From the IMG/VR virus record IMGVR_UViG_3300000956_000008: a stretch of 64,000 nt of DNA, one strand, 5' to 3'. Each line of letters starts with the position of its first letter. Position 1 is the stretch's first letter. The DNA comes from an uncultured virus (IMG/VR IMGVR_UViG_3300000956_000008) (taxonomy: Duplodnaviria > Heunggongvirae > Uroviricota > Caudoviricetes). Below the pieces are notes generated by a model, which was given only the letters and a program-made list of their open reading frames with translations, did no database searches and was not told where the DNA came from. Shown piece by piece: positions 17,601 through 26,349 of the stretch. The position numbers and the translations under genes were made by a program.

Positions 17601-18218
17601 TTAAATCACATCAAACTTCTCGTACACCACCCAACCACCTTCAGTCTCTGGCCCTACATTGTCGATCACGTAGGCACCAGCTTTGAAGTAGAATGGATAT
17701 TCCTTCCATGCTTCGCTCACCTTCAAATGATAGCCGAAGCCTTCAAGGTTTATGTGAAGCTCACCAGAGGAATCAACCTCTAAGCGGTATTCGAACGTCT
17801 CACCTAACGGACAAGGAACAGATAGCACCTTGACTGCTGAGTCTGTAGGATTAGCTCTTAAATCAACCCGTGCAACACCGTTCCACCATGTAACCATCAA
17901 GAATGGATTAGGCGCTTTGTGTGCGTGGATTTGACCTACGATCACCTTACCAGAGCTTGGTGCCAGTTCAACTCTTACAGTGCCATACATTGCGTGTGTC
18001 ACGCCATCGGCTAGCCAGTTGTACGGCTCACCAGACTCAGGAAGTGTTTGACGACTCTCTGTGCGTGGACTGGAGCTGCTACCGGATGTATCACCTAACA
18101 CAGAACACCAGTAGTTTGTATGACCTTTTGGGTCTGTCCATACCAAATCTTGTGGAGGTTTTTCAGGGTACAAGTAAACTTGCCCGTGTGCTGTGATATT
18201 GCCAAAACTAAACATCAT
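17601..18218 (-). CDS. polysaccharide lyase family 7 (alginate lyase)
   Basis: PL7 motifs PRTESRQ (R-x-E-x-R), VGQIHA, FYFKAGAY. Confidence 0.85.
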   Translation of the reverse strand: MMFSFGNITAHGQVYLYPEKPPQDLVWTDPKGHTNYWCSVLGDTSGSSSSPRTESRQTLPESGEPYNWLADGVTHAMYGTVRVELAPSSGKVIVGQIHAHKAPNPFLMVTWWNGVARVDLRANPTDSAVKVLSVPCPLGETFEYRLEVDSSGELHINLEGFGYHLKVSEAWKEYPFYFKAGAYVIDNVGPETEGGWVVYEKFDVI

Positions 18219-18235
18219 TTACCTCGCAAAGAATA

Positions 18236-18254
18236 GCGGGGCATAAAGCCCCGC
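18236..18254. terminator. terminator-like hairpin
   Basis: GCGGGGC-ATAAA-GCCCCGC. Confidence 0.65.
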
Positions 18255-18264
18255 CTCTTGTGGA

Positions 18265-19287
18265 TCAGAACGGCACGTCGTCGTCAAAGTCGTCGCTGTC
18301 AGGCGCTGGAGCGCTTGGAGCAATGCCCGTTGGCTTCGCAGCCTCAGCAGCTTTTGGCTTGTCGCCATCAGCCTTCCAACCTTCACCGATGATGGCTTTC
18401 AGCGGGCTGTCTTTAACAGTGCCGTCAGCTTCAGTGCTGGTGAAGTTTACAGCTTTACGCTGATGGTTCTTGATGCAAGCACGTGCTTCCAGAGCAGCGG
18501 TCTTGTCAATGTTGTCATCCCACATTTGAACCAGAGCCAGTGTTACACCTTCTGGCAGAGTTGGATGTGGCAGACCTTCTGGAACCATCCCAGCGATTTT
18601 GATATCTTCCTTGAAGAAACCTTTATCGTTGATGTACAGACGAATCTGGAACTGTACAACTTTGCCAAGCAGTTCGTCGAGACGTTCTGCCTTGAACAAA
18701 CCATCAGTGTCCAGAAGCCCCGAAGCATCAGCCAGTTTGTGCAGTTGGCTGTTTTTAGCCAGTGCCCACTTTGCAGCACCCGGCTTGCCTTGGTTGTGGT
18801 TCATCGAACGCAGGTTGAACGGCTTCTGCACCAGACGATTGAACTCACCGTTCAGGATCAGACGCAGAGGCATTGGCTTGGATTCACCAGTGAAGAAAGC
18901 ACCTTTGTCTGCCATGATCTGAGGGAAGTCCACAGAGATTGCCACTTGCTGCACATCCTTCTGCTTGTAGCGGAAGCACATGTTGCCTTCGAACAGTTCA
19001 AAACGAGCGTTCTCACGGTTGGCCTTGGCGATTACAGCCTCTTCGCCTGCTTTAGTACCGTCGTACTCAGGGAAGCGTTTTACCCATTCAGCGTCAGTAA
19101 CGAGAATCGCTGCGTCATCCAGCTTTTGAAGGCCGAGGTCGTAGATACCAGTGATGATACCCGGCAGCGAACGCTGCTTACCGCCACCAGCCACTTCAAC
19201 CAGATGTGCGTTGAGGGCTTTGTAGTCCACAACCTTACGGTTTTCAGAGCCAGCAGTAGTGTTGTTACCAGTTGTTTGAAAAGCCAT
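18265..19287 (-). CDS. putative single-stranded DNA-binding protein
   Basis: Acidic C-tail DDFDDDVPF; position among replication genes. Confidence 0.7.
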   Translation of the reverse strand: MAFQTTGNNTTAGSENRKVVDYKALNAHLVEVAGGGKQRSLPGIITGIYDLGLQKLDDAAILVTDAEWVKRFPEYDGTKAGEEAVIAKANRENARFELFEGNMCFRYKQKDVQQVAISVDFPQIMADKGAFFTGESKPMPLRLILNGEFNRLVQKPFNLRSMNHNQGKPGAAKWALAKNSQLHKLADASGLLDTDGLFKAERLDELLGKVVQFQIRLYINDKGFFKEDIKIAGMVPEGLPHPTLPEGVTLALVQMWDDNIDKTAALEARACIKNHQRKAVNFTSTEADGTVKDSPLKAIIGEGWKADGDKPKAAEAAKPTGIAPSAPAPDSDDFDDDVPF

Positions 19288-19368
19288 TATGTTTCTCCTA
19301 TCTAAATACCCAATCACGTGGGCGAGTGAGGGGCCAAAACGACCCCCATTGTTTGTTGATTGATCAGA

Positions 19369-19752
19369 TCAACGAATTTCTTTCTCGGCGGTGTACGAGA
19401 AGATACGAATACCTTTACGCTTACCACCCAGAGCCGCCTTCAACTCACGTGCATACTCACGATCCGAAGATGTGGCTACGATTTCGTCGTTGGCGTTGAA
19501 TACTGCGTATGCCGCTTTGGTTGGCAGGGTTTCTACCGCTTCCACTTTCTTAGGCCAAACGTAAGCCTTGTAGTGGTCTTCCAACAGATACTGGGTAAGC
19601 CCTTCAGCATCTTTGAATTGGCGCCATTGTCCACGATGATGCTTTGGAAAGTCAAGACCAGTATAGGTCACTGTCTCACCATCTTTGAACCCGTGATCAC
19701 CGTTGGTGCGTTCACCTACGACAACAACCTTATCACCTTTTTCAAGTGCCAT
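19369..19752 (-). CDS. hypothetical protein
   Basis: GGAGG RBS; promoter TTGACA-N17-TAATAT. Confidence 0.75.
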   Translation of the reverse strand: MALEKGDKVVVVGERTNGDHGFKDGETVTYTGLDFPKHHRGQWRQFKDAEGLTQYLLEDHYKAYVWPKKVEAVETLPTKAAYAVFNANDEIVATSSDREYARELKAALGGKRKGIRIFSYTAEKEIR

Positions 19753-19784
19753 GTAAATCCTCCTTCGTGTGTGGAAAGCGTATA

Positions 19785-19973
19785 TTACGACAGTTTTTCT
19801 TGGCTGTCAACAAGTTTCACTTCACGATCAGCAAGATATTGCTTGATCCCTTTGGCGTTCACGTACTCGTAACCGTCAAGGATGAAGTTGTAGGCGTTAC
19901 CAATGCGAGTGATGGTTTCACCAAGAGCGTACATATGGTAACGCTCCTTGCTTGTTACGGTATACTGGCTCAT
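19785..19973 (-). CDS. hypothetical protein
   Basis: ATGA overlap. Confidence 0.65.
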   Translation of the reverse strand: MSQYTVTSKERYHMYALGETITRIGNAYNFILDGYEYVNAKGIKQYLADREVKLVDSQEKLS

Positions 19974-20248
19974 GCCAGCAACTCTTTGAAGCGCTCAGCT
20001 ACTCGGCCCAGACGGGAACTCGATTCAGTGGCAGCTTCCAGAAGCTTGGTGCGTTTCTGGATTTCAGCTTCGTGTTCAGACTTCTGAACTTCGATAGCTG
20101 CTTGAGCCACTTCCAGTTGAGCCTGTGCGTCAGTGAAACCTTTCAAGGCTTCAGCCACCAGTTGGTCTGGAGTTTTGCTGGCCTTCTTGCCGAATAGGTC
20201 AGAAATGGCAAACTGGGTTCCTACGGTTGGTTCGTTGCGAGTAGTCAT
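19970..20248 (-). CDS. coiled-coil hypothetical protein
   Basis: Start MTTRN after GGAGG; own promoter TTGACA-N17-TACAAT. Confidence 0.75.
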   Translation of the reverse strand: MTTRNEPTVGTQFAISDLFGKKASKTPDQLVAEALKGFTDAQAQLEVAQAAIEVQKSEHEAEIQKRTKLLEAATESSSRLGRVAERFKELLA

Positions 20249-20314
20249 TTTGTTTCCTCCGATGTGTTTGATGTGGTGAATTGTAGAGACTTCCCTGTCC
20301 CTTGTCAACACCTT

Positions 20315-22603
20315 TTAGTGAATATCTGAGTAACGGTCCCCAAATTGTGTTTCACAGTCCAGCTTACGACGTAGGCCGTAGTCACTGTTCACCTTGTATA
20401 CAGCGTCCTTGATGATCTTAGCGATCTTAGCACGGTTCTCTTCAGTGTCACGCATACAGATGATGCATTCGTCGTGGAACGAACCTGTCAGGCGCTTAGC
20501 AGCAATGCCCCATTCTTCCACCAACGCTGTGAGGATGTTATCCACCCACATGTCAAAGAAATAGCTACCAGTACCTTGAGCCAGTGTAGAGAATCGGTCA
20601 GACTCTTTACGCAAGCTGTAGCAGAACCCGTTGATAGGGTTGATCAGCCACTTGTTACCACGTGCATCCTTGAATACCACCTGTTCATCAGCAATAGCCT
20701 TAACAGACCAGTTCAGCTTCCAGTAAGCTTCGTGGAGGATTTTACCCTCTTCCAGAGCAACACCAGCAGCTTGAGCAATCTTCGCAGCACCAGCATTATA
20801 CACGGATGCATAGTTGGTTGTCTTGCCTTTCTTACGAGCAGCCTTAGCGTTCGCACTCTTCTTGCCTTGCTTGAAGTCATCAAACTCCTGTTGCGTAATC
20901 ATCTTGGCAATCAACGCCATGAGGATGTGCGGGTCGAAGTCATCAGCCTGCATGGTTGCCACGTACTCAGGGTCATGAGGCAGCATGAAGTGGTGCTTAA
21001 CACGGTCTTCAAGAGACGACATGTCAGAGCCCACCAGAATCTTTTTCAAGCCTGCAATCAACGATCCACGAATGTCGTAGCCATAAGGCTTATCAGTACC
21101 CGGCAAGTTTACCAGCTCACGGTGCTGTACACGCAGGGTGTTTGTGAAGCCACCAATACGAGCCTTCAGGTATTTGCCATCCGTCATGTCACGGAAGAAG
21201 CCCTTGAGGACGTTACGGCGGTTCTCAGCAACCTTGTAGTCAGCGTACACCTTAATCGCTGGCACTTCCTCAGCGAGGTCTATGAGGCTGTGGCACAACT
21301 CTTTACCGTCATCACCACCAACAGAGATTTGAGGAATCGCACGCTCTTCTGGTCGTGCATTCTTCCAGCGATCCCACTGGTATTTGTTGGCCTTACCTTG
21401 TGGCTTGGAGGCTACCCAAGCATTGAACGCCACTTCATCCTTTTCATACTTGAAGGTTTGAGGAACCCATCCCTTGCTAAACAGGAAGTCCTTAACCTGT
21501 GCCGGACTACCCGGATTCGGCTCTTCATTCTTGTTCCATACACGGTAAAATGGATTACCGTATTCGTCATTGCCGTCTTCTGGATCAACATACACCATGA
21601 CAGCACCAGTCTCAGGGTCTTTATCACCCTCAGCCAGTAGACGCATTGTTTCATCCCACTTCACCCAATGGGCGTTGCGATCACCATTCTTCTTGAATGG
21701 ATCAGCCTTTGGCTGGCTCTTCTTGACATATTTAGGAACCATCGGCATAACAGCAGCCAAACCTTCCCGAGCGCTGGCTACGATCACTTCCAGCTTCTCA
21801 AGTGCCTCACGGCAGTGTTCTACGTCAACTTCCCAGCGTGTACTCTCTTGCAGTGCCGCACAATCCATCTTGAACATCAGAAACGTGAGGATGGAATCAA
21901 TCGCGTGTTCTACGCTACGACCAATCATGTCGTCAATTGGAATCCATTCATCTTTGGAGATACGAGTGCCACCAACATTGATAATGTTGCCAGTCTTTTC
22001 GTCTTCTTGTCCGTTGTCGATCAGGTCTTGGGCACGCGTGTACATGTCCACCAGACGCTCACGCAGGTCATCCCACAAAGCAACGTTAATCTTAACGTCC
22101 TCTTGGCAACGATGTTGCATACGGTCAAGGAACTCTTCAAGGCTTTCGTCTTCACCCTGTTCCCAGCTATCAATCGTAGGCTTGGCAATGCCGTAGTCTT
22201 CGAAGAAGCTATCCAAACCGTGCATACGACGATCAGGGCTCAAGTACCAGCTCAGTGCAAGCGTATCGATCACCATCAGATCGTCAAGGTTTACCTCAGC
22301 CGCTTTCAACTCTTCGGCCAGCAACAGCTTCACCAGCTTGGCGTCATAGCCAATACCGTTGTGCATTACAACTGGAATGTTGTTGACAATATGGTATTTG
22401 AAGAATGCCACCACTTGTTCTTTGTAATCTCGGCCAGCACGATCTTTCTTGTCACGGCGAACAGTCGCTTCAATGAAAGCACCTTGAAGCTTTGGACTCT
22501 GCATCTTGTACGACATAACGTGCATGGTTGTTACGGTATCCAGCAGACCATCAGCTTCGAAGTCGCAGACAGATGCCAGATGCCAGTTGGTAATTGCTTT
22601 CAT
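20315..22603 (-). CDS. polA: DNA polymerase, family A, with 3'-5' exonuclease
   Basis: Exo DFE, HNGIGYD; polymerase motifs DMSSLEDR, RKKGKTTNYASVY, FHDE. Confidence 0.95.
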   Translation of the reverse strand: MKAITNWHLASVCDFEADGLLDTVTTMHVMSYKMQSPKLQGAFIEATVRRDKKDRAGRDYKEQVVAFFKYHIVNNIPVVMHNGIGYDAKLVKLLLAEELKAAEVNLDDLMVIDTLALSWYLSPDRRMHGLDSFFEDYGIAKPTIDSWEQGEDESLEEFLDRMQHRCQEDVKINVALWDDLRERLVDMYTRAQDLIDNGQEDEKTGNIINVGGTRISKDEWIPIDDMIGRSVEHAIDSILTFLMFKMDCAALQESTRWEVDVEHCREALEKLEVIVASAREGLAAVMPMVPKYVKKSQPKADPFKKNGDRNAHWVKWDETMRLLAEGDKDPETGAVMVYVDPEDGNDEYGNPFYRVWNKNEEPNPGSPAQVKDFLFSKGWVPQTFKYEKDEVAFNAWVASKPQGKANKYQWDRWKNARPEERAIPQISVGGDDGKELCHSLIDLAEEVPAIKVYADYKVAENRRNVLKGFFRDMTDGKYLKARIGGFTNTLRVQHRELVNLPGTDKPYGYDIRGSLIAGLKKILVGSDMSSLEDRVKHHFMLPHDPEYVATMQADDFDPHILMALIAKMITQQEFDDFKQGKKSANAKAARKKGKTTNYASVYNAGAAKIAQAAGVALEEGKILHEAYWKLNWSVKAIADEQVVFKDARGNKWLINPINGFCYSLRKESDRFSTLAQGTGSYFFDMWVDNILTALVEEWGIAAKRLTGSFHDECIICMRDTEENRAKIAKIIKDAVYKVNSDYGLRRKLDCETQFGDRYSDIH

Positions 22604-22660
22604 GTAACCCTCCTTAAACGATGAGGGCCACTATACCGAAGCATAATGGCCCTGTCAAGC

Positions 22661-24553
22661 TTAGTCGTCTTGTGCTGCTAACGCTGCCAGATACTCTTCC
22701 TTCACCTTTGGATTCCGATCAAGGTAATCGTCAAGGTCGTACAGAGTGTGTACCTGATTGTCGTAGAAGTATTTGCCAGCTTGTGGCGACGTGTTACCCG
22801 TCCAACGACACTTGGTCATCTTCATGGTTGTCACGTTTCGTTCTACCTCGTTTTCAGCCTCTTTGTTACGTGTGAACAGCAGGTTGCAAGCAGCCGATTT
22901 GAAGATTGCAGACGATCCTTGGAAGTCCTCTTCGAACAGGTCAGCACCAGCAGAGTTAGCCTTGCTGCCACCAGCGCTCTTACGAACGTGGTTGATCAGG
23001 ATAAAGCTTACATCATGGCTCTTCACCATGCCTTTGAGCCACTTCATGAAGACAGCTTGCTCTTCGTTGCTCATACCGTCCATGATATCTTGAAGCGGGT
23101 CAATGATGATCACCTTGCACTCACATGCAACGATAAGCTCCATGATCTTCTCTTTGATATCATCAATCGAGCCATCACGCTCTTCAACCAAGTGCCAACG
23201 GTGCGATCCGTCAGGCAGGAAGAACAGCTCTTGAGCTTTGGCTTCAACGTCTGGACTATTCAACAGCTCCAGCTTCTCAGCATCATCCTCAATCAGGTCA
23301 AGCTTCTTACCGATGTGTCGAGACAGCATCTTGTTGCCGTACTGGGCACAATCCGATTCAAGCGACAGAACACCCGGCTTGTGTGGACTATGGAAAATCC
23401 AGTGGTAGACACATTCATCTACGATTGTTGATTTACCTGTACCAGACGCAGAGCCCAAGTTGGTGATGGTTTTAAGTGGAATACCACCAGCCATCATCTT
23501 CTGCACTTTCTTCATGAATGGCGGCAATGGAATCTTTGGTGTAACAGCCGCTTTCTTCATCAAGTTCATCAGAGAGCCAGAACCAACAATACCCGATGGG
23601 GTATAAGGCACAGCCTTGTAGAACTCTTGAACAAAGTTAAACTCTTTGCCTACAGCAATGTTACGGTCCTTGTCCCACATATAGCTGTTAGGGTCTTTCA
23701 TGGACATTTCCATGATGTACGCCTTGCCTTTCGGCAGAGCTTTACAAACCTTCTCAGCAGCCTCACGGCCAGCCGCATCGTTGTCCATGCAGACGATGAT
23801 ACGTTCGAAGCGGTTGAACCACTCGTATTGCTTTACAATCTGCTTCTCGCAGCCTGTCTCACCGATGGTGGGAGATACAACTGGGATTGGATCATACTGT
23901 GTTCCATTTTTCGAGTTGTTACGGTTGTTGGTGTCAGCCAGCATCTGGAATGCAGACAGTTGGTCAACCTCACCACCAACGATCAGGCAGTATTTACCAC
24001 GTGCCCGAATAAACTTGAACTGTCCAAACAAGTGACACTCTCTACCAGTCTCGCCTAGCGGACCCGGTGTTTTGAAGTCTTTTGGATGCGCACGTCGCTT
24101 ATAACCAGATAGGACAAAGCCATGATCGTTCTCAGCCTCTGCCGTGGTTGGATAGCACTGTACGGCCACTTCACCAGTTTTGGTGTCAATCTCATGACGA
24201 ACGCCAAATGCCGCAGTTGTATCTTTACGAATCCCACGATACCCTTTCGAGTCGGTCGTGGTGATTTCTTTCATTCTTGCGTGAATTTCATCATTGAACT
24301 CAGCACCCACAATATTGTACTCCTGCTCTTCTACCACACCATTTTCTTCCAACCATTCCTCAGACGGAATAGTGAAACCTCCGCAACCACCAAAGCAGTG
24401 AGCACCCTTGTGTCGGCCATCTGTATCTTTGCCGTATACCATCAGGTTATCACCGCTACGGTCGTGGCCCTTCTCGACACACTTTGGGCAAGCTACCTTG
24501 CCATATTGGTATAGATCGATGCCGTATTTCTCTGCAATTTCAAGACTCGTCAA
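22661..24553 (-). CDS. primase-helicase (T7 gp4-like)
   Basis: Zn CPKC/CFGGC, TOPRIM GEVD and MDND, Walker A SGTGKST, IIIDPL, INHVRK. Confidence 0.93.
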   Translation of the reverse strand: MTSLEIAEKYGIDLYQYGKVACPKCVEKGHDRSGDNLMVYGKDTDGRHKGAHCFGGCGGFTIPSEEWLEENGVVEEQEYNIVGAEFNDEIHARMKEITTTDSKGYRGIRKDTTAAFGVRHEIDTKTGEVAVQCYPTTAEAENDHGFVLSGYKRRAHPKDFKTPGPLGETGRECHLFGQFKFIRARGKYCLIVGGEVDQLSAFQMLADTNNRNNSKNGTQYDPIPVVSPTIGETGCEKQIVKQYEWFNRFERIIVCMDNDAAGREAAEKVCKALPKGKAYIMEMSMKDPNSYMWDKDRNIAVGKEFNFVQEFYKAVPYTPSGIVGSGSLMNLMKKAAVTPKIPLPPFMKKVQKMMAGGIPLKTITNLGSASGTGKSTIVDECVYHWIFHSPHKPGVLSLESDCAQYGNKMLSRHIGKKLDLIEDDAEKLELLNSPDVEAKAQELFFLPDGSHRWHLVEERDGSIDDIKEKIMELIVACECKVIIIDPLQDIMDGMSNEEQAVFMKWLKGMVKSHDVSFILINHVRKSAGGSKANSAGADLFEEDFQGSSAIFKSAACNLLFTRNKEAENEVERNVTTMKMTKCRWTGNTSPQAGKYFYDNQVHTLYDLDDYLDRNPKVKEEYLAALAAQDD

Positions 24554-24732
24554 GCAGTGCCCTCCAGAATTGTTATAGTTACTGATAAACTAGAGCCATA
24601 CTCTGACAAGCTTCGTTCAATCCTCGTCTTTGCTACATCAGCAGCAGACCGCCCTGAGAAGGTGATTGTAGAGCTTGAGACTGAGTACGGGAATGTCGTA
24701 GTTCGTGTTACAACCAATAGCGTCACGCTCAT
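24550..24732 (-). CDS. hypothetical protein
   Basis: Coupled ORF. Confidence 0.6.
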   Translation of the reverse strand: MSVTLLVVTRTTTFPYSVSSSTITFSGRSAADVAKTRIERSLSEYGSSLSVTITILEGTA

Positions 24733-24935
24733 ACTACCTCCACTTCCATTGGATCAAAGTGCAGTGCGTCCAGAGCGTCTTCTGGGTCTTGCTCTGGATC
24801 GAGGTCAACACACAATCCGCCATCAGGCCACACCTTGGTGATAACACCAGTCCAGCCAATCAGATTGCCTTCTGCTGCCACGTTGGTTTTGTCGTAAGAG
24901 TCATATACAACTTTGATGCGATCACCAGCTTTCAT
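24729..24935 (-). CDS. hypothetical protein
   Basis: AAGGAG RBS, coupled ORF. Confidence 0.7.
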   Translation of the reverse strand: MKAGDRIKVVYDSYDKTNVAAEGNLIGWTGVITKVWPDGGLCVDLDPEQDPEDALDALHFDPMEVEVV

Positions 24936-25054
24936 TCATGTTCTCCTTTCTTGTGTTTACGTTTACGACGGTATTTTGTACGGTCGCGTTCAACCTTGGG
25001 GATGTTAACACGTCGATTCGGTCCTGCCAAGGGATTTCTTATCTTATTGTCCAA
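24932..25054 (-). CDS. 40-aa basic peptide (not in ORF track)
   Basis: TTG start; ...NPLAGPNRRVNIPKVERDRTKYRRKRKHKKGEHE; ATGA overlap with next gene. Confidence 0.55.
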   Translation of the reverse strand: MDNKIRNPLAGPNRRVNIPKVERDRTKYRRKRKHKKGEHE

Positions 25055-25256
25055 CGTCGTATTCTCTCAGGAATGTATGAAGAGCAGAGTCTACCACAAA
25101 CCTCTGGCTGTCGATAGCATTTTCTATATGAATCAAGAACATAGGACCGTGTATCCCTTGTGCGGACTGGACACGCACAGTGTAGCTACTGTCCCGCTGC
25201 TGTACACGCTTCTCAAGAGCGTCACAGAAATTAAGGATTTGACCTTCGGTAATCAT
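25044..25256 (-). CDS. hypothetical protein
   Basis: AGGAG RBS. Confidence 0.65.
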   Translation of the reverse strand: MITEGQILNFCDALEKRVQQRDSSYTVRVQSAQGIHGPMFLIHIENAIDSQRFVVDSALHTFLREYDVGQ

Positions 25257-25279
25257 AATATCTCCTATCTATAGGCGTG

Positions 25280-25316
25280 AAAAAGCCCCACCATCGGTAG
25301 GCCGAAAGGCAGGGCT
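25280..25316 (-). terminator. intrinsic terminator closing the protein+RNA unit
   Basis: AGCCC...GGGCT stem followed by TTTTT on minus strand. Confidence 0.6.
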
Positions 25317-25329
25317 CAGTCATTGGTTT

Positions 25330-25650
25330 CATGCTAACGACAGCTCGGTGCATTGCCAGCGTCCGTCACACAGATACGTCTCAACGTGTATCCAAGATTT
25401 GGAGAAGCTTTGTAGCGATACTGGTTAAAGCTTTAAAAGGTTGAGGGTTCCCGCCCGAAGCGGAGAGCATCTTAATCTTTTAGCTTTGCAGCTTTCCTAT
25501 TTGAACTTTGATCTTAGTCAATGCTTGGATAGGGCGTAGCAGCCCCATCAATCTATGCTTAGATTTGGTTAGAATACCATTCTTAATAGGCTCCCCGGAT
25601 ATACCCCCGAGGAATGGGTTGCGTGAATTTAGGCAATTCGTCGCAGCATG
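25330..25650 (-). ncRNA. putative structured non-coding RNA with AAAG repeats
   Basis: No ORF; 5' CATGCTGCGAC pairs with 3' GTCGTTAGCATG; second long-range helix ATTGCC/GGCAAT; several local hairpins. Confidence 0.65.
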
Positions 25651-25671
25651 GTAAACTTGTTTACAACTCTG

Positions 25672-26289
25672 TTAGGCTTCGATCAGAGTCTTGGCGTTTG
25701 CCTCAGACAGAGCGAAGTCCACTTCAAACAGGAAGCCATTGATATCTGCTTCCATCTTGCTGATCACAGCTTCCAGACCGCTTGGATCAAGTGGTGCGGT
25801 GATGTTCGAAGCGGTGTAAGGCTTGCTGATGGCCTCCAACTCTTCTTCGGTAGCCTTGCGATCCTTACCGACAGCAGCTTGAATCATGGTGTCGATACGG
25901 CCTTGCATTTGAGTGTTGTTACGTTCGATAACAGAGCGAACCTGACCCAGTTGTTGCTGGAGAACAGCCTGAAGGGCACGCTCTTTATCGATAGAGCCTT
26001 TACGCTCAATGGCCTCAGCCACAGTCAGCTCTTTACCGTTGATGGTGACGGTGGTCACAGCATTCGAACGGATGATTGCAGCCTTAACTGCTTGGCGACG
26101 GGCGATCAGGTCTTGAACCGATTGCAGGTTTGCCTTCAACAGATTGGTGGCTGTCTGAAGGTCTTGACCATTGGTAGTCTTGCCACCAACAGTAACAGTT
26201 GCGAAGACGCTCTGTCGAGTGGCTTTCTCGATGCGATCATTCAGGGATTTTACTTCAGCCAAAGCGCGTGTAATGGAAATCTGTGCCAT
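25672..26289 (-). CDS. coiled-coil protein (resembles DIP1984/DUF6847-type proteins, unverified)
   Basis: ISITRALAEVKSLNDRI, LTVAEAIERK, EVDFALSEANAKTLI; heptad pattern. Confidence 0.85.
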   Translation of the reverse strand: MAQISITRALAEVKSLNDRIEKATRQSVFATVTVGGKTTNGQDLQTATNLLKANLQSVQDLIARRQAVKAAIIRSNAVTTVTINGKELTVAEAIERKGSIDKERALQAVLQQQLGQVRSVIERNNTQMQGRIDTMIQAAVGKDRKATEEELEAISKPYTASNITAPLDPSGLEAVISKMEADINGFLFEVDFALSEANAKTLIEA

Positions 26290-26321
26290 CTTTATATTCT
26301 CCTTTGATATTTGATTTGGTC

Positions 26322-26349
26322 ATTGTAGCAGGTTTTTGTCTGCTGTCAA
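26322..26349 (-). promoter_or_regulatory. promoter TTGACA-N16-TACAAT with extended -10 (TGn)
   Basis: Read directly; -35 overlaps upstream TGA stop. Confidence 0.75.

Noticed and set aside
18463..23431. Long plus-strand ORFs (e.g. 18463-19305, 20474-21640, 21668-22624, 22748-23431)
   Set aside because: Antisense shadows of well-supported minus-strand genes; no RBS or recognisable motifs
8464..24553. Introns or inteins in nrdA, nrdB, polA or helicase
   Set aside because: ORFs are continuous, of compact length and lack splice motifs; the HNH genes are free-standing
25469..25516. Repeat array as CRISPR or type III toxin-antitoxin array
   Set aside because: Units are about 7 nt and degenerate with no spacers; no cas or ToxN-like gene seen
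25648..26307. 219-aa plus-strand ORF
   Set aside because: Mirror of the coiled-coil gene, which has the promoter and RBS
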